The notes under the pieces are model-generated. The model had not been told where the DNA came from, searched no databases, and saw only the letters and a program-made list of their open reading frames with translations. Shown piece after piece: positions 20,894 to 34,089 of a stretch of 64,000 bases of DNA. The stretch lies in assembly GCF_964204645.1 (NCBI RefSeq), contig NC_134028.1, forward strand, positions 15,445,653-15,509,652, read 5' to 3'. The position numbers were made by a program, and so were the translations under genes. Positions within the stretch are counted from its first letter, which is position 1; each line of letters opens with the position of its first letter. The stretch is from Tubulanus polymorphus. Lineage: Eukaryota > Animalia > Nemertea.

Positions 20894-23800
20894 ATAGAAG
20901 CAAATAAGTACTACTGTCCAACATGTAATATCAATATAGATAAATCCCAAAAAGCAAGACACAATAAAACTAAAACACATTTAGAGAATAAATTGAAATT
21001 AGAATATAAGGATGATATATTAGAAACTAAGTTAGAAGAATTAAAGAATGAAAAAGAAACATACAAATGTGATACATGTAATCAATCATTCAGTGATAAA
21101 GAACATTTAAAATCTAAAAGTCATATTGGAAATATGAATAATGATATTTTAGGTGAGGATTATTTTGATAATGATAACGATAAGAAACATAAGACAATTA
21201 AAAGGATAAGAAATAAATAAAACAATAAAAGACCATACATGGAAGATGTAAGAAATTATATTAATTCATTAGATAATAAAAAAGATATAGAGATAACCGA
21301 AGCATTTAAAAGTGATATTGGTCCAGCAGCTATCGAGTTTAAATTTCATAAAGGAAAAACATTAGAAGAAAATAAAAAACATTTAGAAAATATGAAAAAT
21401 ATTATAAAAATAAAAACTGATGTTGAATACCCTAAAATTAGTATATCAGTTAAAGTAAAGTTTATAAAATCTGAAGATAAACCAATATATAATATAAATT
21501 CTCATTCACAACATATTATTTCAAAACAACATATAGATGAAAAATTAGATAAATGTTATAATGAAGTAAAAACTAAAATAGAAGAGAAATATTTTGAAGG
21601 ATCAGGTTTAATATTTGATGAAATAATATTTATGACTTTACATGTTTATAACACAAAATATAATAAGTTAACTAAATCAAAACCAATTGATGAAAATAAT
21701 TTATCATATTATAAAGAACCAGATATTGAAGCATCGAGTTATATTAAACTACCATTTAAAACTAATGCTGTAATAAATGTACAAAATGAAGATGATAAAT
21801 GTTTTCTATGGGCTATAATAAGTTGTTTACATCCAGTTGAAGATTATAATAAACATACTTATAGATTAACAAATTATAAACAATTTGAAAATAATTATAA
21901 GATAGATAAGTATCCTGTTATAATTAAAAACATCCCAAAGATAGAAAGAGATAATAATTTAAGAATAAATGTATTTGATTTAATCAAATTACCAAATACA
22001 AAAGGTAACAACATAAAACATTATACATTAGAACCTTTCTATCTATAAAAAGATTATGATTCAAACGATGTTATAGATATACTATATTATGAGAATCATT
22101 ATATGTGGATTAAACAAATAGATTTATTCTTTAGAACAGAAAGTGATCACCATAATAAAATATATCTATGTAGAAAATATTTACATAAATTCAGTAATGA
22201 AAGTACATTATTAAATCATAAACAATTATGTGAAAATCATGATTATTGTAAATTAGTTTTACCAAATCAAAAGGATAAAATATTAGAATTCAAAAAATAT
22301 GATTACAAAAATAAAGTACCATTTGTCATATATGGAGATTTTGAATCATTAAATAAAGAACTAACTGATCAAGATAGAAAAGAAATATATTATAAGAGAA
22401 AGAAATTAAATTCTAATGAAAATGATTATTCTGAAGAACCACCAAAAACAAATACTTTTAAAAAGATTCATCAATCAGCTGCTGCTTTCGGGTTATATAT
22501 AAAATCTGATTATCCAGAACTTATTGAAAGTGAATATTATGATTATAGAAATGAAAATGTTATCAATCATTTTTGTGACTTATTAATTGAATATGAAATA
22601 AGATTTAGTAAATTATTGAATACCAATATAGAAATTATAATGACAGAAGAAGATAAAGAAGAATTTGCGTTTGCAGATAAATGTTATTATTGTGAAAAGA
22701 TATTTAATTATAAAGATAAAAAAGTAAGAGACCATGATCATTTGAATGGAAAGTTTAGAGGCGCTGCACATGAGAATTGTAATTTACAAGCTAAGAAAAT
22801 TAACTTTGTACCAGTTATATTTCATAATCTATCAGGATATGATGCACATTTATTCATCAAACAGTTATGTCATAAAATAGAAGAAATTAATAATGAAATA
22901 GAAAGATTAAATTCAAATAGATCAAAAGATAAAATACCAACTTATAAATTTAGAATGTTAGCTAAAACATCTGAGAATTATATATCATTCCAATTTGGTT
23001 GCCTAAGATTTATAGATTCATATAGATTTTTAAATAGTTCATTAGATAACTTATCAAAATCATTAGTTGATGATGAATTAAAAATATTAAAGCAACACCA
23101 TCCAAATAATGATGATTTTCAATTAATGAGATATAAAGGCACTATTCCATATTCATTTTATAAATCACATAATGATTTTAATATAACTGAATTATTAAAA
23201 GAACAATTCTATGATGAATTAAAAAATGAATATGTTAAAGATGAAGTATATAATAGAACATTGAATATTTGGAATCATTTCAAAATAGAAAATCATGGGC
23301 AATTAGTAGATGTATATTTAAAATCAGATGTATTATTATTAACCGATATATTCGAAAGGTTTAGAGATGTAAACCTAAAATATTTCAATATTGATCCTTG
23401 TCATTGTTATTCAAGTCCAGGTTTAACATGGGATTGTGGATTAAAATTTACAGATATAAAAATGGATTTGTTAACAAATATAGATCAATTATTATTATTT
23501 GAAAAATCTATAAGAGGAGGAGTTTCAGGTGTATTAGGTGATAGATATTTCAATGTAAATGATAACCCTGGATATAAGTTATTATATATAGATGCAAATA
23601 ATTTGTATGGTTGGACAATGATGGAACCACAACCTTATGGAGTATTTGAATTAACTATTAACTATTAATGATACTGACAGTTACATATTAAAGATAAAAA
23701 CTAATAACATAACTGATGATTTAAAAACATTAAAACATCATTTTGATTTCAGTAATTATCCTAAAGATCATGAATTGTTTAGCAATGATAATAAAAAAGT

Positions 23801-24203
23801 TCCCGGTAAATTCAAAGATGAATTAGGTGGTGAAGAAATGATTGAATTCATCGGTATTAGATCTAAAATGTATTCATATAAAACTAAAGAACATGAAGCT
23901 AAAAAGTTAAAAGGAATAACAAAAAGTGTAGTAGAAAAGAATATTCATTTCAAAGATTACATCAATTGTATATTCAATGAAGAAGTTAGAAAACATAAAA
24001 TGAGATGTTTAAGATCTGAAGATAATGAAATGTTTATTGAAGAAATTGAAAAGATAAGTCCAAACCCATTTGATGATAAAAGATATATTTTAGATGATGG
24101 AATTCATACAGTTGCTTATGGTTGTAATTTAGATGAATACTTAAAATTTAAAAGAGAAGAAACAAAAAAGAACGAGATAATGAAAAGAATTCTAACGTGT
24201 TAA
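20894..24203 (+). pseudogene. polB: pPolB polyprotein: Zn fingers, putative terminal protein, OTU-like protease, EndoVII-like insert, exonuclease and polymerase; frameshifts and ~730-bp internal deletion
   Basis: YCPTC..H, INVQNEDDKCFLWAI...ENHYMWI, YGDFES, CYYC..RDHDHLNGKFRGAAHENCN, YIDANNLYG, then directly DTDS at 23670. The presumed ATG at 20894 reads ATA. Confidence 0.92.
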
Positions 24204-24232
24204 TCAAATTTTAATAAAAATATGTATTATAA

Positions 24233-24586
24233 ATGGAGAGTTAACAAACACACAGTGAGAACAACAAATCATTTCTAGATAGAATAAAAGATACTTCAAA
24301 TATCAAATCAGTAGATTATAAATTTAAGAAGTTAAAAGAATTAATAATCCATAAGAAATATCTAATTACAAATATTGATACAGTTACTAACAAATATGGA
24401 GATAAATTAGTTATACACTTAGAATATGAAGGATTAAAAGGAAGTACATATAAAATCAGAACATATTTACCAGATAGATTTCATAGATTATCAAGTGAAG
24501 ATCTAGAAGAATTATGTTCTGGAGATTTCTATTTCGTATACAAAGGTAAGAATGAAAAAGGCCACCATGAAATAGATTTCGAATAA
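24233..24586 (+). pseudogene. Small protein (possible SSB), early stop
   Basis: atggagagttaa versus atggagagtaaa in copy A; the remainder is open. Confidence 0.55.
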
Positions 24587-24603
24587 GAAAATATGTAAAA
24601 TAA

Positions 24604-25176
24604 ATGGTAGAATTAAAAGAATACAGAATATTTGTTGATTCTAGAAGACTTACAAATTATAAATCACATAATTTACTAGTACAATTAGATAGAGAATTTA
24701 AGAATTGTGTAGATTTAAAATTAGTTAATATAAGTTTATGTAATTCTTTTTACAATATATCGGATAAAACTATTGAACACAGAGCCTTTTTAATTTTTGA
24801 TACAGGTAAAAATGAATGGTTCTATATATATTTAAAACCGGGGTTATATAATTTAGATACAATAGCACAAGCTATTACACCAAACTTAATACCTTACACA
24901 CATTTTTATATTTATTGCAATTTAATCGATCCTACAAAAACATTCGAAGCAACTAAAGATATAACTTGTAATTCTGGTTTATTAAACATTTTATCATTGA
25001 AGAATGTTAAAGAATTTGGAACGCAAATAAATTATAATTTAACAGAATGTGATTTCAAACCATGCATTCCTCGTTTTAATAATTTTAGATTAGAAATTAG
25101 AAATCATAATGGGCACTTAATTGATTTAAATAATTTCCCTGTAATTTATGAATTTGTTATAAGATGTAGAGAGTAA
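24604..25176 (+). CDS. Minor capsid protein with shorter central insert (190 aa)
   Basis: Paralog of 6046-6803 lacking ~60 central residues. Confidence 0.75.
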   Translation: MVELKEYRIFVDSRRLTNYKSHNLLVQLDREFKNCVDLKLVNISLCNSFYNISDKTIEHRAFLIFDTGKNEWFYIYLKPGLYNLDTIAQAITPNLIPYTHFYIYCNLIDPTKTFEATKDITCNSGLLNILSLKNVKEFGTQINYNLTECDFKPCIPRFNNFRLEIRNHNGHLIDLNNFPVIYEFVIRCRE

Positions 25177-25193
25177 TTTTTTTCACTATATAA

Positions 25194-25535
25194 ATGAATA
25201 TAACTGTTGGACCGAGTATATGTTTTGGGTTTGAATTTAAACATGGTAAAGAAATGAGAATTAAACTAAATGATGTAATTACTGATATAAAAAGTAAATC
25301 ATTTAACAATGCAACAATGATTAATAAAGAAAATTATAATATAAAAAAAGTAATTGATTTAATTAAATCACCTTTAGAATATTATGAATTAAATGAAGAC
25401 GGAATTATTGATGATATTAAAAACATATTAACCAAAATATATGATAATCATAAAAGTAGTAATGAAATGAATGTTGAATTAATCATCACTAAGATAACTA
25501 AATATTTTGATGATATTAATTTTTTTGATAAATAA
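25194..25535 (+). CDS. Hypothetical protein (113 aa)
   Basis: Ends match A 6820-7176; the middle is divergent. Confidence 0.8.
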   Translation: MNITVGPSICFGFEFKHGKEMRIKLNDVITDIKSKSFNNATMINKENYNIKKVIDLIKSPLEYYELNEDGIIDDIKNILTKIYDNHKSSNEMNVELIITKITKYFDDINFFDK

Positions 25536-25757
25536 ATGAGTGATAATAAGTGGATAATAACTGGATTATATAATGGAGCATTACTATCAGTTGGAACTGT
25601 TGGTTATTCAATGGTATTAAAAAAAGTATTCAAAATGGGAAGTGTTAATGTTGATAGATTTGATATAAATGATATTTTAAAATTAACATTAGCAGTTACT
25701 TTATCTAATTTAACTATTGATTATTTGGAAAAACAAAAATATATTCCTCCCATATAA
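25536..25757 (+). CDS. Small hydrophobic protein (73 aa)
   Basis: Identical to copy A at protein level. Confidence 0.85.
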   Translation: MSDNKWIITGLYNGALLSVGTVGYSMVLKKVFKMGSVNVDRFDINDILKLTLAVTLSNLTIDYLEKQKYIPPI

Positions 25758-25781
25758 ATACGTAATTATTTTGCTAAATAA

Positions 25782-26204
25782 ATGGCTTCTGCAGTTATAA
25801 CTATTATAGGATCAGCAATTGTTAACGCTTTAGCATTTACTGGTGGCGGTTATTTATTTAAGCATATTGATAAAAATGGTTCATTAACAGAACAAAAAAG
25901 ACATAACTTAGCATTAGAGAAATACAATAAAGCAGCGGAAGAATACAGAGAAAAACGACAAAACTATATGGATTATATTAACAAGGAATTATATGATCAG
26001 AAGATTTCACATAGAGATTTTCAATCAGTTGATGATGCAATGAGTTTATATAACGCGGTAACCAATAAAGAAAAATTACATCTATACAAACCTACAATAT
26101 CAGATTATTATACCCCAAGTAATGAACAGAAGAAATATGAAATAATATGGATTTAAGGTGAAACAGTTATTGTTATATTTGTTGCTTATAAGTTTACTAA
26201 TTAG
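25782..26204 (+). pseudogene. 140-aa membrane-associated protein, premature stop at 26154-26156
   Basis: Paralog of 7423-7845. Confidence 0.75.
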
Positions 26205-26224
26205 TAATTTTTTTTGCTAAATAA

Positions 26225-26659
26225 ATGGAAGATAAAGTTGATAATATTGATATTATTCCTCATGATATAAATAAAACTAAATTAAAAACATATTTAGAAA
26301 AACAAATATTAGAATTTGAAAATGATTTAAAAGTTAAAAAGAAAAAATATTTAAAAAGTAAAGTTATATATTATTTGATTATAAGTGGTTCGGTTACAAT
26401 TAGTTCTGTAATAACATTTCTAGCAATATTCAGTCCATTAACACCTTTAGCTATATCAATTGGTGTGTTAGGATTAAGTTCAAGTGTTTTAACTGGTATA
26501 AGTTCAAAATTAAATATAAAAAGTAATAAAGAAAAAATTAAAACTAATATAAATGAAATTAATAAATTAAAAATTACGCTAGATTATATAATAAGTTTAG
26601 ATGGTCATATAACAGTTGAAGAACAAGATAAATTATTAAAAGAATTAATAAATTATTAA
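26225..26659 (+). CDS. Two-TM coiled-coil protein (144 aa)
   Basis: Paralog of 7865-8299. Confidence 0.8.
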   Translation: MEDKVDNIDIIPHDINKTKLKTYLEKQILEFENDLKVKKKKYLKSKVIYYLIISGSVTISSVITFLAIFSPLTPLAISIGVLGLSSSVLTGISSKLNIKSNKEKIKTNINEINKLKITLDYIISLDGHITVEEQDKLLKELINY

Positions 26660-26675
26660 TTTTTTAATTATATAA

Positions 26676-27999
26676 ATGGCAGATAGTTTTCCAAAAGCTT
26701 TCCAATATAATAAATCAATTAAATATAATATTCCAGCAATAGATTTTAATGAAGATATTACATATAGAAATGAAGTTTTAAATCCATTAATTGATTTATA
26801 TATTTATGTTACTGAAAGTAATAATTTTCATGTAAAGATGGAAAATATATTTCATGTGTATACAATTAATTTCAAAAATTTAAATGAGGCAAAACAATGG
26901 TTATTAAAATCTAATATGAAGTATTGGCAGAACCAATTAAATTTTGCTGTTTATTGCGCAACAACAGGATGTGGAATTAGTTGGAATGATCATTTAAACA
27001 AACCAAGTTTACCATTGATGTTATCACTTTTTAGATTTCATACATATTTTCAAATAAAATTAATATTAGATGAATTAGAATGTCCTTTACCAGGTTCAAA
27101 ATATTTTAAAGAATTGAATAATAATATTAATTTTTCTAAGTTTTATAAAATATGTAATGAATTTAATATTAATTCAAATAAAGATTTTAGAGCAAAAATT
27201 GGAACAATGGGTGGATTAGGAATATTATATACTAAAGAATTTGGAAAAATAATGACAAATTCAGATATAAGAACACTAAATTGGAATGAATTACCAAAAT
27301 ATTATAATAATATACAACAACAAAACCATAATGGTTGGGTTAATTTCATTTTAGAAAATAGTGAAGGTTTTACTAAAGCTGGAATACAAAGAATAAATCA
27401 ATCTATTAGAACTTATTTGATATGTATTTTAGGTGCGCAAGTTGAAACAAGATCCCCAATAATTGGAAATGATAACACTTCATTCGATGCGCAGAAACAG
27501 TTTAAAGTATTATTTGAAGATTCAATTCATAATGATAAAAATAGATCGATTCCAGAAAACATTGTAAGATATCAAAATTATTTAGATAAATCACATATTA
27601 GATTAAATTATTGTATAGGCCCTAATCTATTTATTATTTCTAATGATTTAGTATTAAAGATGGGAAACATAATTGGTTATAATAATCTAATTAAAACTGC
27701 AACAATAAACAATTCATTTGGATTAAATGATATAAATAAAAAGATTATTACTGCTCCAAAATTAATGGAAGGTGAAAAAAATAAAAAACATTCAATCAAC
27801 AGAAACTAAAACTAAGAATATTAAATTAAATAATGATTCTAAAATAAAAGATTACAATACATCAGAAGATATAAAAACTGATATTATTCAACATGATATA
27901 ATTAAACTAAATGATGATAATAAATCCCATAAAAATGCTAAATTAGCTTTAACTTGTATAGGAATTGTTTTAGGAGGAATATTATATTTTAAATTTTAA
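26676..27999 (+). CDS. ~440-aa protein of unknown function with C-terminal TM (one frameshift)
   Basis: 377 and 75 aa ORFs; paralog of 9884-11196. Confidence 0.78.
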
Positions 28000-28015
28000 T
28001 TTTTTTATTATATAT

Positions 28016-29387
28016 ATGGATGTAGAAGGTGTAGAAGATTTTCCATTGGTTCCTTCAGATGAACCTGGTATAAGTGATGAACAACCGCCCGATTTTAGTG
28101 AAACAAGTATTAATGACGGTAATGAGCCAGGACGTAATTCTAATTTAACTACACCTGAATATATTGATAAAACACGTTCAAAGATAAGTATTGAAAATGA
28201 AGTACCAGAATTAACAGAAAAAGAATACAAATATAATGAAATTGATCGTGATTTTAAACCAATGTTAAAAAGATCTGGTTTCAATATAACAAATAAAGGT
28301 ATGGATTATTGAGTAGAAGATTTGAAATATTTAAATGGCGATTATTATTGGAAATTGAAAGGCAACTATTATTTTAATATTTTAAATCTTTAAAGTAACG
28401 ATAAAATAATAGCACAATCAACTTTTAATTTATTAAAATCAGATAGAATTAAGAAAATCATTAATGATGTTATAACTGATGTTACAGAAAAAGAGATAAT
28501 TGATAATAGAAGAGCATTTAAACGAAGAAATGATTATTTTTTGAAGATAATTAAAGAAAATTTAGAACCAGAAACAATTACTAAAGAAGTTATTAATTCC
28601 AAAACAAGTAAACCTAAATCAAGAAGAGTTCAAACTGAAAAACTTTTACCAAATGGATTACTTGATGCAACAGATCAAGAATTAGAAGATTTAAATAATA
28701 TATTTTCTGTTGATGTAATTAGAGAAATTGAAAGTATAAGACTTGCATCTGATAAAATTGCGCATGATAAAAGTATAAGAGATATTGAAATTAGAAATTT
28801 AGAAAAAGAATTAACTGATGAAATGGAATATAGGAAAAAAGAATTCCGTTTAGAAAAAGAAATTGATAATTTAAAAGATAATTTAGAAGTACTGAAAGGT
28901 GAAAGAGATATTATTGAAAGAATTTGGTAATAATTTTAAAAGATTAAAAGATGTTTTTAAAGATTTGTTGATAAAACCAGATTCTAAAATATCATTGAAA
29001 GATAGAATAAGATTATTATTTAAATTATAAGGAATAACAATTCTTTCAATTCAAACAGCTGTAACTATGTTATTTACAACAATTGGTTTAACTATATCAA
29101 ATTCACTGAAATCTACTCCTACTCCCAATAAACCGGATAAACCCCCGAATGATAATTCTATACAAGATAAAGTTAAGGATGGTTTAAAGAAATTAGCAAA
29201 ATATTTATGGGAACTATCTAAAAAATCTGCTGCAGCATTACCAGGAGTTATTGCATCAATTGTTGGTTTTATATTGAAATTTGCAGGAAACATTTTTAAC
29301 TTTGCTGCTGAACATATAATTTTATTTTTAATTACAGTGGTAAGTGCAATTATTTTTGGGTTAGTTAATATGATAAAAAATAAATAA
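28016..29387 (+). pseudogene. Acidic/coiled-coil protein with C-terminal hydrophobic helices
   Basis: Three fragments colinear with A 11212-12665. Confidence 0.75.
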
Positions 29388-29407
29388 TTAATTTTTTTGT
29401 TAAATAA

Positions 29408-30653
29408 ATGAGTGGGAGTTATATCAATCCTTCTAAGAATCATAGAATATCTAATGCTATTAAAGCAGAAAGATCACATCATATAATTACTCATAACCCT
29501 TCTAATATTAATCCCGATGAAACTTTATATGTTAGAATCCCTCGATTAACACAAAATACTTTTTATGTTCCAAATAGTATTCATTTATCAGCCGATATAA
29601 AAGTAATCGGTAATAATAATAATTATGTTGTTGATAATGTTGGAAGATATTTGATTAAAAAATTAACAATAAAGATTGGTCCAGGAACAGTTTTCTCATT
29701 AGATGATTATAATTTATTTATGCATTATAAAGATTTATGGTTAACTAAAGAAAATAGAAATAATATGATATTAAGGCATCCAATCAGAAGACCAAAATAA
29801 ATTAAGATCAGAAGCGCATAATGCAATATTAACTAATGCTATAGATAAATTGATAAAAAGTATATATGGAAGCAAATATAAAATTCCATTAGACTTTGAA
29901 TTGATAAATAATAATGCGCCTTTATATAAATACGCAATTCAAGAAGACGTTATATTCGAAATAACATTTGCTCCTGTTAATGAAATTGTAATATCTAGCG
30001 TTAATAAAGATATGAGTTATAAATTATCGAATATATGTTTAGAATATGATACAGTAACTGATGAAAATATTTCAAGTATAATTCAAACTAAATACAATCA
30101 AGGATTTTCATTATTATATGTTTATATTGATAAATTTAAAACTGTAACTATTAATGCAAATGATGAAATTATTAATGAGAATATTAACTTCCCAAGAAGA
30201 TCTATTAAAGGTATATTAATATTTTTTACCATTGCAACATATACTAATGGCGCAATAAATGTTGATAATTATTATAATCCTGAAATAACAAAAGTAGAAA
30301 TAACTATCGAAGGAATAGCAAATAAAATATTTTGTCAAGGAATGAGAATGATAGATCAGTGGCCAGAAATTAGAAAACATTTTATGAATGAAAAAGTAAA
30401 ATCATCTGAAAATTGTAATATTAATCAAATTGATTATTATACCGGTAATAAATATGCATTATGTTTAGATTTTAGAACAACAGAGGATAATTCATTACAT
30501 GGTTCTGGAAAAAAATTACAGAACACTAAAGTTGGAATACAATTATTCATGACAAAGAATAAAGGAATCAAAAATTTTAAAATGCATATTTATATTATAT
30601 CTGACGCGCAATTAAATATTGTAAATTCTCAATTGAATAGTGTTATGTATTAG
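29408..30653 (+). CDS. Major capsid protein (one frameshift near 29772)
   Basis: Paralog of 12687-13926. Confidence 0.8.
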
Positions 30654-30685
30654 AATTTTAACTTTAATAAAAATTTATATAATAA

Positions 30686-31564
30686 ATGGAAGGAGGTAAA
30701 GTATATAAACATATTCCATACATCGATACACATGAAAATAATGATGGTTTATATTATGTAATACCTTGTAATATAGCTTTGATATTTGATCCTATTTTCA
30801 AAATTTATAAAACTAAACTAATAGAAATCAATAATAATAAAAGTGGTGTTGTTGATAATTTAAGTAATGTAATTGATAATAATGTAATACCTTCTACATC
30901 TAATAATGTAATACCTACTACAGCTAATAATGTAATACCTTCTACATCTAATAATTTAATACCTTCTACATCTAATAATGTAATACCTTCTACATCTAAT
31001 AATGAAATAATATTAAATTTTAGTGAAAATAGAAATTATTGTGGATATTGTTAAGGTGAATTTTCAAACGCTCCATCAAATTGGAATAAACATATGAATA
31101 CAAAGGTACATATTACTAATGTTATAAAACGTGTTGGTTTAAATGAATTTATAGAACACCCATTTAGATATGTTACAAAGTTTGTTTCAAATCAAAAGGT
31201 AAATGGTGAAAAAATATATGAAGATTTATTATTAGCAACACCTAATAAAGATGAATTAGATCTAACCGATGCTAATGAAATATTAAAACCAAACACTGTA
31301 AATGAAATATTAGGAGCAAACACTAATAAAGATAATAATGAAGATATAGTTACAGATAAGCATATTGATATTAAAGATTCTATGAAACATAAAGTAGAAA
31401 ATAATGATAAATTTGATTGGATGAATAAGCATAACAATGAAACAACTATTGATGATGCGGTAAAAAGGATGAAGAATAAGTATAAAAATAATAAAGAATT
31501 TGAAGAAGAAAATTCGGTAGAGAATTTAAATAAATTGTTAGGGTCTGATAGTGAAAGTAATTAA
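30686..31564 (+). pseudogene. Variable-slot protein with (NNVIPSTS)n repeats and one Zn finger; internal stop
   Basis: 24-bp repeat x5 at ~30878-31000; YCGYC*GEF..WNKHMNTKVH. Homologous to C 60108-60877 and not to copy A. Confidence 0.7.
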
Positions 31565-31998
31565 AATATTGATTATATTTAACACAAATAATAATATTGG
31601 TTGAAAATTGTATAAAATAATAGTAAATAAAAAAGGGGGTTTTAAGTATTCAAGGTATTTAAGGTATCTAATACATATCTAATACAATCTAATACAATCT
31701 AATACAATCTAATACATAAAATATCTTATTTTATAAACTGATATTCATATGGAAATTGAAACCTCAGTAATAATAAATAACCTTTATTATTTTCAAACTT
31801 ATTCATATATTAGTTGAAAAAATAAAAATAAATTGGTTGAAAATTGTATAAATAATATTTATTTTAAAAAGGGGGTTTTAAGTATTTAAGGTATCTAAGG
31901 TATTGGGGTATCTAATAGGGTATCAGGTATTAGGGTACCTAATAGGGGGTATCAGGTATTAGGGTATTAGGGTATCTAATACATAGGTATACAAATAG

Positions 31999-32602
31999 TT
32001 ATTTTATAAATTTATATTCATAGGGAAATTGTAGTCTCAGTAATAATTTTGAACCTTTATTATTCTTTAATTTATTCATATATTCATCATGTAATTCAGT
32101 AGTATATTTGATTTTCTTCCAATGATTGTTGCATAGATTTTTTATCTTTATTGTAGAATAAAACTAGAAATCTTATATTCTCCCTAAAGTCTTTAGAAAT
32201 TGAATTATATTTTTGATTTAAAACCCATGTTGTTATCCCAAAATGTCTTCCAGAGAAAGCTAAGTAACATAACTCACTTTCTCTCACTTTTGAATCATGT
32301 AAATTTGCGCAATCATCTATAATGAATAATGTATTTGAACCTTTATAAATATCAATTGCTATTTTTATACAATTATCTAAATTTTCTGTTTTAGGATCTA
32401 ATATAATAAACTTTTTCATCTTAACTATATCTCTATTATATGTTTTATTCATTTCATAAGTAGGACAGAATAATATTATATTATCAAAATGATTCTTATA
32501 AATAGTTTCTAACAAATCTAATATGAAATGTGTTTTACCACAGTTTGTTACGCCAGTAACTAACATATTATGCGGTTCAAATATAAATAAATCTTTATTC
32601 AT
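31999..32602 (-). CDS. A32-like packaging ATPase (3' frameshift)
   Basis: GVTNCGKT, IIDDC and SGRH. Confidence 0.9.
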
Positions 32603-33714
32603 TTATTCTTTTAATTTTACTAGATAAAATCCGTTCATTAAATTTATCATCGTATCCTTTAGATTTCACCAAAGAATACTTTTTTCCTTTAAGAGTTTTT
32701 GTTTTCAATACTTTTTCTATTTTGTATTCTATTTCATCTGGATTTGGTACAAATGATAATTCTTGTTCATAGAAATAACCTAATATTTCTTCATCCTTTA
32801 GATCTTCTAGTTTATAAACAAAAGGTTTAGGAAATATTATCTTTTTAATCTTGAATATTTCTTCTGTAAAATTTGGGGTATAACCTTTATAAAAGGTTTT
32901 TCGATATTTAGATATTCTTACGTGTTGTCCTATTTTAAATTTAGGTTCACCGAAATCATGTGTAGCAAATGCGCCACATAAATTATTCCAAACTATTTCT
33001 GAATTATCTTCTTTTCTAGCTTGTATAGGTTTCATATTTATAGAACTATGTTTAGAATTATTATAACCTTTCACTAAATCATCTAACACATCGATATATT
33101 TATATGTTTCATTAGCAGTAAAATATTTCCACATTCTAGTTTTCAATGTTTTATTAAATCTTTCTATAATAGATGCTTTTTTTATCTGAGTGTGTTGAAA
33201 AATAATCTACATCGTTATCAGATAATAGTTTTTTAAAATGTTTGTTATAAAATTCCTTACCTTCATCAAATTGTATCTTATCTGGAATAGCTTCTTTAAA
33301 TATTGATTTAAAAGCATTTGTCACTTCTATACCAGTCTTATTTTTGATTTGAATTGACCATGCGTATCTACTGAATATGTCTATAACATTCAGTATCCAG
33401 AAATATCCTTTGTTGTATTCCTCTAAGTTCTTCATGTCAATTAAATCTGCTTGCCATTGTTGATCGATATATGAAACCATAACTTTTCTTGTTAAATAAG
33501 TTTTATCCATTTTCTTGTGTATTTGATATGTTGATTGATTTTGTAACCATAATCTTAGTTCACCATATTTTATATCACCGTGTGGGTGCCATACGGCACC
33601 ATTACCATTTTCATTATCAGATTTAATTTTATTCCATAATTCTGAAACGTTAGAATATGATACTTCACTTTCTGGGTTATAATATAAATCTCTTAAATAT
33701 TGTTCTTTTTTCAT
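32595..33714 (-). CDS. Integrase-chromodomain (frameshift in an A-run near 33180)
   Basis: The 186 and 183 aa ORFs together carry the DDE motifs and chromodomain. Confidence 0.92.
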
Positions 33715-33720
33715 CTTATT

Positions 33721-34089
33721 TTAATCCATTAATAATAATTTAGATTTAGTTTCAATGGTTTTATGATTTGACTTATTTTCTGGTATGATAGGTTTATTGT
33801 CATTGGAATCATCTTTATCATCAGATTTGAATTTTGATTTATATATTACACCGGATAATATAATAACTGTTACTAATCCAATTGTGATATATAATTTATA
33901 ATTACTTCCAGCATTAGAAGCATTTGATGGATTATTATTTGAATCAATATCAGATAAAGTCTGTGATTCATTTATATCAGTTAATTTCTGTTTCTTAGCT
34001 TTTTTTAATTCTGAAGATCTTTTACCTAATTCTCTTGCCCATTTAATTTGTTTCTCGGATCTAGCCTTTTTCTTAACTCCATCACTCAT
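33721..34089 (-). CDS. Basic N-terminus, single-TM protein (122 aa)
   Basis: RSEKQIKWARELG; TM LYITIGLVTVIILSGVIY. Conserved in copy C. Confidence 0.8.
   Translation of the reverse strand: MSDGVKKKARSEKQIKWARELGKRSSELKKAKKQKLTDINESQTLSDIDSNNNPSNASNAGSNYKLYITIGLVTVIILSGVIYKSKFKSDDKDDSNDNKPIIPENKSNHKTIETKSKLLLMD

Noticed and set aside
30878-31000. 24-bp repeats as a CRISPR-like array
   Set aside because: They are contiguous in-frame coding repeats (NNVIPSTS) with no spacers.
8308-31437. Short antisense ORFs (8308-8493, 8938-9144, 11595-11843, 27982-28284, 29051-29443, 31192-31437)
   Set aside because: They are shadows of sense-strand genes with no motifs or TAAATG starts.
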